The notes beneath the pieces are model-generated. The model worked only from the letters and a program-made list of their open reading frames with translations. It was not told the origin of the DNA and did no database searches. Positions 1 to 37,284 of a DNA stretch of 64,000 nt are shown here, piece after piece (the first letter of the stretch is position 1; the number at the start of each line of letters is the position of its first letter). Source of the DNA: Podarcis gaigeae (lineage: Eukaryota); NCBI GenBank assembly GCA_964106915.2, contig OZ066931.1; one strand, written 5' to 3'. Made by a program: the position numbers and the translations under genes.

Positions 1-129
1 TTGAAAACCACTACCCTAAGTGAGCAAATTTCGTGGCTCCTAGGGGTGCGGCATGAAACCTCCTAGCATGTTTGCAAAACTAAGCAGGGCCCAATATGCT
101 TTCAAGATGGGGGGGGGCATGTGTTGAGA

Positions 130-203
130 AGCCTGCATCACAGGGAGTTGGGATGGATGACCTTGGGGGGGGTCCCTTCAAACTCTACAATTCTATGATT
201 CTG
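130..203 (+). mobile_element. CR1 3' terminal fragment (others at ~27887-27945 + and ~44505-44585 -)
   Basis: GGATGACCTT...CAAACTCTACAATTCTATGATTCT tail. Confidence 0.65.
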
Positions 204-635
204 CGGGATGCTGCACTTAAGTGGTTCAAATGTTTCCCAGCTCTGGCAAGATTGCATATGTCTAGAGGGGGGAGTATTGTTTTGTCTTTTTATAGTGCAG
301 TGCACCTCACGATCTTTGGAGCCCACTCCTAGGGGCTGAGGTCCCTTTAGCTCCCCGAATAAAATATTTACCCCTCCCCAAGTTGATGGGCAGTGCCATT
401 CAAATGGTATGTGTGTGCCATGTCCTGTGATTGATTATGCGGGGCGGGGCTTGCCTTACTTGCCCCTCCCCAACATTTTATTCAAGTTGACGCCCCATAA
501 ACCACATTTAAGCTTGAGGCATAATAGATATGCCAAGATAATTTATTTCTTCAAGATGCACAATCTATCCATTCTCCCAGTACCCAGATCTCTGGGTTAA
601 CCTTACCAGTATTATGCCATGTTCTCTCTTTTTAG

Positions 636-26306
<25,671 letters not shown>

Positions 26307-26737
26307 AAGTGTTCAAAAATCAATGAGAAATAACCACTCACAGTTCACAGCGCTGCTTCCTGCTCTTTCTGCAGCCAGTCAAGATTCATGTTGACTTTCT
26401 TTATAATTGTTTATTTAAGCAGGCACACAAGAAGCATGTTTAGAAATCTGTCTCTCTATATCAGTGATGCACACCAGAAATTAAGACAGAGTTCCATCAT
26501 GCATCCAGGTTTTTAGAACAGAAGCTGTACTTTTGCACTTCACCACAAACAAGCCTCCTAAAACTGGCTTGAGTATTTGGGCTTGGATAAGACTTGTTGA
26601 CGCTGAGTACAGTTGGAGCAACACAGCGGACAAGAGCAGCACTATAGCAGTGTGACTTGGGCTTCCATCTCCCAGTGAAGTACTTTTTAAAAAAAACTTT
26701 ATTTTTTCAAAACATTTGAGAACAGCTGTGTTTTTAA

Positions 26738-26743
26738 AATAAA
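26738..26743 (+). promoter_or_regulatory. candidate CHD1L polyadenylation signal AATAAA
   Basis: first AATAAA I found after the stop codon, ~430 nt downstream. Confidence 0.5.
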
Positions 26744-27564
26744 CCACTTTTGTAAAATATGACTGAATTGTCTAATCTTTTAAGTGAAATGGGTTCTGCT
26801 ACTTGGAAGAACATAAAGCTTTGTGATTGACAAGGTGGGCAAAGATACCAAATTAAAAGCTGTCTTCTTAGGTCCACTGAAAATGTTGTGTAGATCTTGC
26901 AAGGGCTGTCATATTTGCAAACTGCTGATGAAGTCAATCAGCCCAGTTAAGTTAATATTCTCTGTGCCAACCGTTGCCAGGAGAGTATAAGCTTAGCCCA
27001 AAATGTTGCTATGGAAACTAATTCACTAAGGATGCTTTAGGAAAAGGAGCAGAAAAAGACACAACTTTGACCCTGGCTGGAGGTGGTGCCATCAAAGTGT
27101 CTGCATGCTTGAGGGAGAAAATCAGGCAGTTCTGGGACTGGTGCTGGAAAAGACAATAAGGCCTAACTTGCCCTCTGTGAGAACCAAACACTGGCGGTTT
27201 GGGTGATGCCCCTAGAACCCTAATGGGCTCTCTGGTGGAGTGTTAATGTTGGGAACCCCTCCATTTCCGTTCAGCCTGAATATATATGTAAAATAAGCCT
27301 CAGACCATTGAGAAAGCCACCAGCCTTCAGTAAACCTTTGATCCAAGGAAGCCAGATGGAAGGTATGTCCTGAAACACTTGGGCTGCTCAGAGCCTGGGG
27401 GGTGGAGAATGATAGGATATTTAGAAAAATGAAATAACTTGCCCAGGATGCTGCCAATGATCTGAAAGGCTGCCTCCATTCCTACCAACCTTTTCAGGAG
27501 TTAATATTTGCATGGGGGCAGCCTCTTGTGTTAGTTCCACCCACCATCAGAAGTGTGGGGAATG

Positions 27565-27790
27565 GAGGGTCTTCTGGGTAGTGGCACCCGTCCTGTGGAA
27601 CGCCCTCCCACCAGATGTCAAAGAGAAAAACAACTACCAGACTTTTAGAAGACATCTGAAGGCAGCCCTGTTTAGGGAAGCTTTTAATGTTTAACAGACT
27701 ATTGTATTTTAATATTATGCTGGAAGCCGCCAGAGTGGCTGGGGAAACCCAGCCAGACGGGCAGGGTATAAATAAATTATTATTGTATTA
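27565..27790 (+). mobile_element. L2-type LINE 3' end
   Basis: homologous to 5432-5721. Confidence 0.8.
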
Positions 27791-30282
27791 TTTACTGATG
27801 AAGATTTCATATTTTTTAACCCTGACATTTTTGTCACACTCATCTCCTTTTGCTGAAGTTTAAACTGTTCTCCATCTGGAACAGTTACCTGCATTGCAGA
27901 GGGTTGGACTAGATGACCCCTGGGTTCCCTTTCTAACTGGGCTTCTATTACCAATTTTTTTATAATTGCATGCTATATGGCTGTCACCACCCTGGGACCT
28001 TCTTGTGAAGGGTAGGTAAGAAATCTTAAAATAAAAGGGAAGCTGTCCCTTCTACAACGATTTAAGACAGTATCTTATAACCCCATACTTACCCCAGCTT
28101 AGTCCCCGACAAAGAGGAAAGCAGACAGCATATCTGCTAAATAAGTCGTCTAGGAAAACAACTTTGTCAGTGGCTAAATTCCTTTTCCTGGCACTCAAGC
28201 GTCGGAAACGTACAATTGAATGCCTTGATATGGGTTATCTGTGAGAGGTTTAGTGCTGTGGCCCTACCTTATTCATGTACCCCTATGATGTTTTAGTTCA
28301 TAATTCTGTATTGTGTTTTATTTCTGTGTTTTATTTCTGACTATCGGTCGAATAAAGGAAATTGATTGATTGAAAATAAAAGGGAAGAGGTGTGTGCAAA
28401 GAGACATTTTTTCTGGGACTTAGGCTCCTGGGCCTCAGTTTGTCAACATCTAACTAAGGAGGGGGGAAGGCATGCAGCAGGAGGAAGAAGCTGGAGACCA
28501 CCTCCCCAAAGGTGGACAAAGACAGCAAACGGGGCCTTGAGGGAGACAGACTCACAGCTGGGGAGACTTGGGAGACACACATACAAGAAACGGAGGGGTG
28601 GAGAAGGCAGAAAACTGGCAAACCCTGAAGGCCAGCAGCCCCATCCCCTTTGCTCCCATCCCCAATTTCATGAGAGAAACTGGGAGGCCTGAAAGATGGA
28701 GCGTGGCCAGGGACAGGACTATTTGCAGGTGTGCACAATTGCAGAGCAGCTACAGTCTTGCATCCTACGGAAACTCCATGCACCCCAACTGCCATGATGT
28801 ACAGGCCTCGCCCAGCTGCAGCCAACCCACCGGGAAACCCATCCTGTCGAGCACAATCCGGCCTTGGGCAGCTGGGCTCATGACATCCCCTACGGTGGGC
28901 AAAAGCCAAACTCATAATGTCAGAATGACAAAACCTCTGGAACAACTGAGGCACCTTCAAATGTGTAGTGTGATTTGTTGGCTGAGATCATTTACTTTCA
29001 GAAGCAGGCACACCTTGAAAGAGGAGGCTTCCCTCTATCACATACGCAGCCCAAGAAGATAACAAGAAACTACTGACGGCACATGAATCAATGTGACTCA
29101 ACCTTTCCCACACACAGATGCAAACGAATCTCACTGCAGCCAACTAAAGACAACCAACCACACCCTGCCCCCCAACCTCTCTCACTACTACCAAGGAAAA
29201 ATATAATAAAACAGATAGAAAGAGAACCTTCCCAGGTGACATGGGCATAAGACCCCACAGAGACACTTGGGTATTATTGTCCCAACCCCCTCTCCCCCCT
29301 TCTTCCCCAGCCTTATTCTGTATACAGCAATAACCTTCTATACATAATGTTTTTAAATCAAATATAAAAAAGACTCTGCAACTTGAAAAAAGAGAGAATG
29401 CACGTTGTTTTGTAAACCAAGGAAATCTTTAATATATATGCTTTTAAAGGCATGCCTATGTTGATGCAGCAGAACCAGCAGATAAGTTTTGACTGATAAT
29501 ATTACATGTTTTATTTTAATTATCCCATATTTATCCACGTTTTATAACTTTTTACAATGGGGGTGGTGGTGTAATGGGAAGTTGAGGGACCTGCACAGTT
29601 CCTTGGGGCTGTTTTCAGTTCATGTGAAGGGTCTTAGAGGCTCCTCTGAAAATTCGATTGATTGATTGATTGCCCCTCATCCAAAAATTTCAGGGCATAA
29701 AAATACAAAACAAAACAAAAATACAGAATAAAAACAAGGGGGGAAATCAATAACCATCCCCCTCAGTTCACAAGGAACATTTTTCCTTGGTATCTATCTA
29801 TAGGTAGTATAATGAAGGCACCAGATGAGCCTCACTTGGGAGAATAAAGCCCCTTTATTTTTTATTTTTTAAAAAAATCTTCATTCTTGGTGCCTGGTGA
29901 TGGACCCAGAAACATGGCGCCATTTCTTTCAGCCCTTTTCTTGGAAATGCAGGCAGGGCACTGCTAGAAAGCGGGAGAGAGGGCAATGTCTTCCACTCCG
30001 AATCTCTCTGTGTATGTGTGTTTGGGGGCAGGCAGGGGGCAGAGAGAGTTAAAGGCTTAAGTCCTGGTTATAGAAGAAACCTTTTTGCCTGCTGCCTAAA
30101 AAAATATGATGGTAGTCCCAGTGCAACTATACAACTGTGAAGCCTTTTCTATCTCTGGTAATTAACTAGAGGATAATTTGTCTGTGAAAGAAAGAGTTCT
30201 GCGTCTTGCCAGGGAGATTGAGAATTCTAAGTTCCTTTTATCCATTTTTTTGTTTTAGATCCCTTTTTCCAGATTTACCCCA

Positions 30283-31997
30283 GTGAGGGGTAAATTAAGG
30301 GGCAGGAGAGGGGCTTGGAAGCCAGATGAAGATACCAAGTGTTGACATGGGCCTGAGATGGAGAGAGAGAACCCACAGTCCCTTGGGTGAAGCCTTGGCC
30401 AAATCTGACTTCACAATGGGCTGCGGAATGTTTTGCTTCCCAGGAAAGCAGGTGAGCTGTTTGAAAGGATCCTGAGATCAGTTAAAAGCTCAGTCAACTC
30501 TCTCCTTCAGATCAGTGGACACCAGAGATGTCTTGCTGCTTTAGAGAACTGTCTTTTTTTTGGATCAGTTGACAGTGGAAACATCTGTCTCCTTCGGACG
30601 ACTATCTTTGGCTCAGTTGAAAGCCCAGAGAATGGTATTCTGCCTTCCTTGCTGCCACAGAAGGTAAGGTAAGCCAAAGTGAACTTCTGCAACCAAAGAG
30701 GAAAATAATATCGAAATTATACAGCTTGCTCCTTGAATGGGAACTGAAAGATGAGATAATAAAAGAACCAATGATAAAATGGACACAAGAGCTGGGCCAG
30801 ACAATTCATTTAGACAGATGGGAAAGATTATGGAAAACTGATATACATTTTACAAAAAAAATCCTTCCAGTAGCACCTTAAAGACCAACTAAGTTAGTTC
30901 TTGGTATGAGCTTTCGTGTGCATGCACACTTTTTACAGTGTGCTATTCGATTAAGGAAAATATAACGAAGATGTTTTACCGCTGGTACCTCACCCCAGTG
31001 AAACTATCAAATCTCTGTTGGTGGTCACGATGTATCATATGTGGTAGGGGTGCAAAGTGGTGAAACAATTCTAGATTAAGATACACGAAGAGCTTAAAAA
31101 TATATTTAGGAGTTCAATCTTTAAAAAACCAGAGGCATTTTTGCTGGTTTTAGTATTGAGTGACATTCCTAAGGATAAAAGGAATGTATTCCTTTATGCA
31201 ACCACGGCAGCCAGAATCGTAGTGGCAAAAAATTGGAAAACTGATAAAATACCAGAATTATTAGAATGGAGAATCAAACTTCTTGAATTCATGGAGATGG
31301 CAAAATTAACAGCATCAATTAGATGCTACTCTAATAAAAAAATTAATAAAGAGTGGGAATGCGTTAAGGGTTAGGGTTAGGGTCAGTGTAAATGAAAACA
31401 TGAGACATGGTTTTGTTACATATTTTATTTTGGAGTTGTCTGTTTATTTTGGAGTTGTATGTTGTAAAGAATGTATATTATGTGAATAAAATAATAAAGG
31501 AAGAAAATCTGGGATTTTAAAAAAAGAAGGTAAGGTAAGCAGGGAAGAGGGGAAACATGCTGCAGCCTTGGTCGTCCCCCCACCGCATGAGCAGTTTTAA
31601 AAGTTGCTCCTTGGTTATTTGACCTGCATAAATGCCATGCTTGCAGGGAGTGTTCTGGTTAATTTTCTGAGGGGTTTTTTTTTGGGGGGGAGGGTGGTTG
31701 TCTCCATCCAAATGACAGGAGAATTACCACCTCCCCCTCAAAAAAAAATCAGTAATATGCCCCCCCCCCGTCCCCAATTTCACCACCCACAAATAGGAAA
31801 TTCTAGGAGCTTGTTTTTCACTCAGCCCTAAAATACACACCCCACCTCTGCAGGGCTCACACCTGCACCCTTAAGTACTCCTTCCCTCGGGTGCATTGCC
31901 AGCACCATGAATTACCGGTAGTTTCTCAACTCCCAACTCCTACCAGCCCTAGACAGCAGATCCAGGATGTCAGATGTCATGGAGTAGGGGGACGAGG
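30283..31997 (+). repeat. copy A of a local tandem duplication (~0.8-kb unit, interrupted by L1)
   Basis: colinear similarity to 33391-34156. Confidence 0.9.
30675..31524 (+). mobile_element. degenerate 5'-truncated L1-clade LINE with a Penelope fragment (~30855-30930) inside
   Basis: KKPEAFLL/FLYATTAARIVVAKNWK; 16-bp TSD AGAAGGTAAGGTAAGC (30659-74, 31525-40); empty site in the duplicated copy at ~33745. Confidence 0.88.
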
Positions 31998-32288
31998 GGA
32001 GTCTCCTTCCTTCCCCTGCTAAAAACCTGAACCCCAAAATAGGCCCAAAATCAATTTAGGAGGCTGGATACATTTAGCACAGACTGTTTTATGACACCTC
32101 TGCTTGTCCCTGCCTCTGCACAAGAACCAAGTCCCTGGATCTGTGGTCCAGGACAGACCCCTCCTTGCTGCAGGACAACCTCTTCTATCTTGCAGACCTG
32201 AGCTTGCAGAAGTGGAAAGACACTGTTGGTTGTGATGACACTTCCTCTGTCTCCATGGGTGGTCCACCATCAGGAAGCCACCCACAGT

Positions 32289-33110
32289 TGTCAGGGGCTC
32301 AGGAGCAGAGGCACAGGGAAGAGAGGAAATGGAGAGCGAAGGGGAAGAATCTGAGGGCAGCGTAGGAGAAGATGACAGTAGCCCGAGAGATTCCATGAGC
32401 CTCTCCAGCGAATCAGAAGATTCACAGAAGGGGGCGCCGATGGCCAGGGCAAGGGGGGTCCCAAGGGGGACACTCCAGAAGCAAGGGGCCAGCGGTGACT
32501 CCCAGAGCAGTTGGAGATCAGGACCAGCTTCCCCACCAGAGCGTAGTGGGGGGGAAGAGTCCCAGGTATCGGGGCCAGCGTCTCCCCCAGCAGGGAGAGA
32601 AGATGAGTCAGGGCTGACCACGCCTCCATCCGAGAGTCAGGGAACGGAGGGGAAGTCAGGTCCAGCTAGCCTCCCGGAAGAGGGAAGCAGTGACAGAAGC
32701 AGTGTAACGGTCAGGAGGAAGGTCACTGGCTGGGCGCGAGCGCCAAGTTCAAATGTACAGGTGCGCGGGACAGCAGAGAACCCGGATTGGGAACCAGGTC
32801 CTAAAGCCCGCCGGAGGCAGGGGGAGGAGTCAGGGGACTCAGCGTCAGAAGAGTCCAGAAAGGGGAATGCCCCAGCGGACAGGAGGACCCAGAGGAGGAG
32901 AGAGCAGAGGAAGAGGTGGAGCAGGGCTAGAGTCTTAAACTGGTGTCAGAGGGGAGGAGATTCAGACGGAGCTTCGGCGGTCTAGGGTTTAAGACGTAGA
33001 GCTGCGCGCCACGGCTTTGAAATAGAGACTGAACTTCAATAAAGACTTTTGTATATAACAACGACCTGGCATTGGTCCTCTGTGAGCTGGGACCTTGGGC
33101 AGCTCTGACA
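32289..33110 (+). mobile_element. solo LTR of an LTR retrotransposon/ERV (superfamily uncertain, possibly Gypsy chromovirus/Sushi-like) with an internal ORF
   Basis: TGTCAG...CTGACA termini, 5-bp TSD ACAGT (32284-88, 33111-15), AATAAA 33038-43, homologous to 58120-58879. Confidence 0.85.
32329..32985 (+). CDS. LTR-encoded 218-aa Ser/Glu/Gly-rich protein with SGPASPP repeats and Arg-rich C-terminal motif; function unknown
   Basis: intact ATG-to-stop ORF; homologous ORF in the second copy shows synonymous-biased divergence and only in-frame indels. Confidence 0.7.
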   Translation: MESEGEESEGSVGEDDSSPRDSMSLSSESEDSQKGAPMARARGVPRGTLQKQGASGDSQSSWRSGPASPPERSGGEESQVSGPASPPAGREDESGLTTPPSESQGTEGKSGPASLPEEGSSDRSSVTVRRKVTGWARAPSSNVQVRGTAENPDWEPGPKARRRQGEESGDSASEESRKGNAPADRRTQRRREQRKRWSRARVLNWCQRGGDSDGASAV

Positions 33111-33390
33111 ACAGTGAATAGGGTATTTCTGTGGCTCACACCTTCAGAAGGATGGGGGAGTGCCTGGTGAGTTATTTGCCAGGAAGTGGGTCCTTTGCCC
33201 TTGTAAGTGTAGATTGCAACCTTTGAGTTCTCAAAAATGGCCATGAGTGAATTTCCCTCCAGCCAAGACCAAAATGGCTTAGTAAAGTTGGAGCACTCTA
33301 GCATTCTGATGCAGGGCCAGGGATGCGAGGCAGGGGGTGTTCAGGGGAAACTATCAGGGAAGCACAGATCCAGCTGCTCTAGCCCTCCTG

Positions 33391-34156
33391 GTGAGGGGTA
33401 TATTAAGGTGCTTGGAAGCTGGATGAAGATACCAAGTGGTGACATGGGACTGAGATGGAGACAGAGAGAGAGCCCACAGTTCATTGGGCGAAGTCTTGGC
33501 CAAGATCTGACTTCACAATGGGCTGCAGAATGTTTTGCTTCCCAGGAAACCAGGTAAGTTGTTTGAAAGGAACCTGAGATCAGCTAAAAGGTCAATCAGC
33601 TGTCTCCCTTCAGATCAGTTAACACTGCAGACATCCATTTCCTTCAGAGAATTGTCTTTTTTTGGATCAGTTGGAATCGGTAACATCTGTCTTTGGCTTG
33701 GTTGAAAGCCCAGAGAATGGTCTTCTGCCTCCCCTGGTACCACAGAAGGTAAGGGGGGAGGCATTCTGAAGCCTTGTTCGCCCCTTACCCCACCCCATGG
33801 GCAGTTTTTAAAGATGCTCCTTGGTTATTTGACCTTCATAAATGCCATGTGCCCAGGGAATGTTCTGGTTTATTTTCTGAGGTTTTTTTGTTTGTTTACC
33901 ACCCCCCCAATAAAATCAGTAATATGCCCCCCCCGTCCCCAATTTCACCACCCACAAATAGGAAATTCTAGGAGCTAGTTTTTCACTCAGCCCTAAAATA
34001 TACGCCCCACCTCTGCAGGGCTCACACCTGCACCCTTAAGTACTCCTTCCCTCGGGTGCATTGCCAGCATCTGGAATTAGTTTCTCAACTCCCAATTCCC
34101 ATCAGTCCTAGACAGCAGATCCAAGATGTCAGATGTCATGGAGTAGGGGGAGGAGG
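33391..34156 (+). repeat. copy B of the local tandem duplication
   Basis: colinear similarity to 30283-30674 plus 31541-31997. Confidence 0.9.
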
Positions 34157-34444
34157 AAAATTGGAATCTAGACACATAAAACAGGGTGAATTAGCATCAA
34201 ACCCTTGGATAACTAGTCAGGAGTTTGTCCTGACCCTGATTGTGAATGGCCAAAACTAGCCTCTCACTGTCAAGTGTGGAAAGTGGACCAGAGCCTGGGA
34301 TCAGTTCTGCACTCAAAATGAAAAATTGTGTCACTGTGGAAAGAGAAGAGACTGGCTGTGACCTTTGTATGTTTCAAAAATTGTGGTGACTTAATGGTGC
34401 CGCTCTCGAGGCTTCACCCAGGGCAAAAAACCTGGCTTGCCTCC

Positions 34445-34628
34445 CTCACTCCCATAGCTCTGGGTCATAGCACTTTGTGGAGCACATGCTCTGCATGCAG
34501 AAGTTCAATCCCCTCTGGCATCTCTGGGTAGGGCTGGGAAGGAAAGACTCCTGCCTGAGGCTTTGGAGAGCCACCTGCCAGTCAGCATGGAGGTGGACCA
34601 ATGATCTGACTGGACAAGGCAGCTCCTT
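34445..34628 (+). mobile_element. degenerate tRNA-derived squamate SINE (Squam3-like)
   Basis: TAGCTC...GCATGCAGAAGTTCAATCCC head and CCTGCCAGTCAG...GGACCAATG.TCTGACT body. Confidence 0.55.
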
Positions 34629-36143
34629 AAAGTCCCAGCAAGGGTGCCTCTTTGGGCATCGCTCCCAGTCCAGGAAGAGAGCGGGATCAATCTCTCTTTG
34701 AAAGGCAGAACCCAACTTTTTTTATAAAGGCAGGAGGAATCTATTTTAGCTGTGTTGTTTCCAAACCCTGGTGGAATTTGGCCTCTGTCTGATGTTCCTC
34801 CCCTTTCTGCCTTCTTTCTGCACAGCTGTTTATGATGGAGGCTTCTCACCTGTGGTCCCTGCACATCTCAACTGTCCTCTTCTACCACTTCCCCAACCTT
34901 GGAGAGTTTCTAAAGATCCCAACTAAGGCTGCTTCTGCTTCTCAGCTGGAGACCCTCCAGACCGTAGTGCAGTCCATGCCTCATTGTGCGTGGTTCATGA
35001 GCAGAGGGAAACGGTCCCTCTCCCCAGCTCATAGGCCTTGCTCAGGAGGAAAATTGGAGGACAGCACTAGATGAGCCCTGCAGCAACTGGATCACGCCCA
35101 AGGAACCCTGCTAAAGTGGCAGCCTGTTCTCAAAAGGGCCTCCAAGCAGCATGGCAAGAGGCCAATGATAAAAAGGGAGACCATAAAACCATGCTTCCTC
35201 GTTCAAAGGTGGGAGACTGCACAGGCCAGCCCTGGTGTGTGGATTCTTCCTCCGTCTTGTCTCTCTTCAGATCCACAAGTGCTCTACCGCTTCATCGACA
35301 CTTCAGAAGTGGCACCCTGGGTATATAAGCTGGTGGCGTCCAGCCCTTCAGAAAGGAGGCAGGTACTTACTCCACAAATGGAGCAGATCTGGAGCCAGAC
35401 TATTATCTGTGTGGCTGTTGCACATTCATCCTCCACTTCCCTGCTTTTTCAGTCATGGATGTTTCTTGCTATTTGGCTGCTTGCTGTCCAGCTGTGGGCG
35501 AAGCTTGACAAGATGCCTCCAGCCTGAGTTTGGGAAGGTTTTGAAGCTCCCACCATAGTCCTTCACCAAGAGGAACAGACAGCAGCCACCCCATAAGAAG
35601 GGAGCAGCCCCCCAAGAGATGAGAGCATCTCTATACTCCCAAGTATCTGTTTCTTTAAAACATATTAGCATTTTTTCTTTTCTTTTATTATTATTTACTT
35701 TTAAATTACTTTATTGAACTTAAAAAAAATAACACAAAATCAAAATTGTCCATAACAAATAAACATCAAAGAATTGTCAATATCAATCACACTTGATCAC
35801 AGTCTTCTTCTTGTTCCATTGACTTCCCGCCAACTCCATCTAGCTTTAAATGTATATTTATCTAGCGCACTGTGTCTATTTTAACTAATTGCTTAGCCAA
35901 GATACTGTACGTTCTTAAACTTGTTTGATGTATAACAGAAGCTATTCAAAGACTGCCACAGACTTTATGTTGTTGCAATCTTTTATGTAACTTTTAAATA
36001 AACCCCATTTATTGAAAAATCATTAATGTTTTCATTTATTTTCTAACTTACAGTAGCACCAATGAAACAACAAATTGTCCAACAACAAACAACTAAAATT
36101 TGTCCTGGTATTTGTACAGACTTGTATCATTATAATAAAGTTT

Positions 36144-37104
36144 AATTTTTTATACTTTTTTATTAGTTTTACATTTTTAATTTTACATTAAAACATAAGG
36201 TACAATAATAAAATACATAATTCTCTGACTTCCTTCCTCCCCTCCGTGGCCACTAGCATTTTCTTCTGCATCTCATACCATCCTCCATTTATCTATAAAA
36301 CTCAAGTCTTAACCACAGCCTTTTTTTACATTGAATGTGTTATTGTAGTCCTGCATGTTTTTAACTGTTTACAATGTTCTTTCAAATAAATTTCCCAATC
36401 TTTATTAAAGTTTTTATCATCCTGGTTTCTGATTTTTCCAGTCATTTTCACTATTTCAGCATAGTCCAACATTCTTGTTATCCACTCTTCTTTTGTAGAA
36501 ATCTTCTGGTCCTTCCAGTTCTGGGCTAAGAGCATCCGGCTTGCAGTTGTAGCATACATGAACAATCTTTTCTGCTCCCTTGGAATCTCCGCACCTAAAA
36601 TTCCTAATAAAAAACCTGCTGTTTTTTTAACAAGTGTTATTTTAATCATTTTTAAACTCATTATAATTTGCCAGTATGCTTTTATCTTTTTACAACTCTA
36701 CAACATATGATAAAAGGTCTCTCTTTTTCTTTATATTTCCAACATATATTTGAACTATTATACATTTTTGCTAGTTTACTGGGAGTAAAATACCATCTAT
36801 AAGTCATTTTCATATAGTTTTCTTTTAATGTACCGCATGCTGTAAATTTTAAATCTTTCCTCCACAACTTCTCCCATGCAGAGTTGTATATTACAGTATA
36901 ACCAAAATCTCTTGTGCATTGTATCATTACCGATTTAACCTCTTCATCCTTAGTATCCTATTCTAGTAACATCTTATACATTTTAGACAGTGTTTTTACA
37001 TTATTTTCTACCAGTTCCTTTTCAAACCTTGACATTTCATTACTAAATCCATTCCTTTTGTCAGTTTTAAATACATCATTTACTTGGTGATTATAATATT
37101 ACTG
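36144..37104 (-). mobile_element. L1-clade LINE fragment, apparently nested in an older L1 remnant (~35670-37165)
   Basis: ORFs 36326-36661 and 36682-36927 homologous to 60898-61791; 15-bp TSD ATTATAATAAAGTTT. Confidence 0.85.
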
Positions 37105-37172
37105 ATTATAATAAAGTTTCATTGAATTATTTCTAAAGGTCTCCTTTGGTGGTTTCTTTCTGTGATCTAAGC

Positions 37173-37284
37173 CATTGTCTCTCAACCTTGGACCTCCATC
37201 ATCCCTGACCACTGGTCCTACTAGCTAAGGATGATGGGCATTGTAGTCCAAAAACAGCTGGAGGCCCAAGGCTGAGAAGCACTG
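37173..37284. mobile_element. short hAT-Charlie-like MITE
   Basis: TSD ATCTAA(G/A)C; termini CA(T/G)TG..TCTCA.CCTTGG. Confidence 0.65.

Noticed and set aside
28366-29062. ORFs of 108-168 aa in a purine-rich block
   Set aside because: No recognisable motif, splice structure or second copy; possibly a decayed repeat, but I cannot support a call
32019-32621. Antisense ORFs over the LTR ORF (also 58319-58783)
   Set aside because: Starts and stops are not shared between copies and one runs outside the element; likely shadows of the sense ORF
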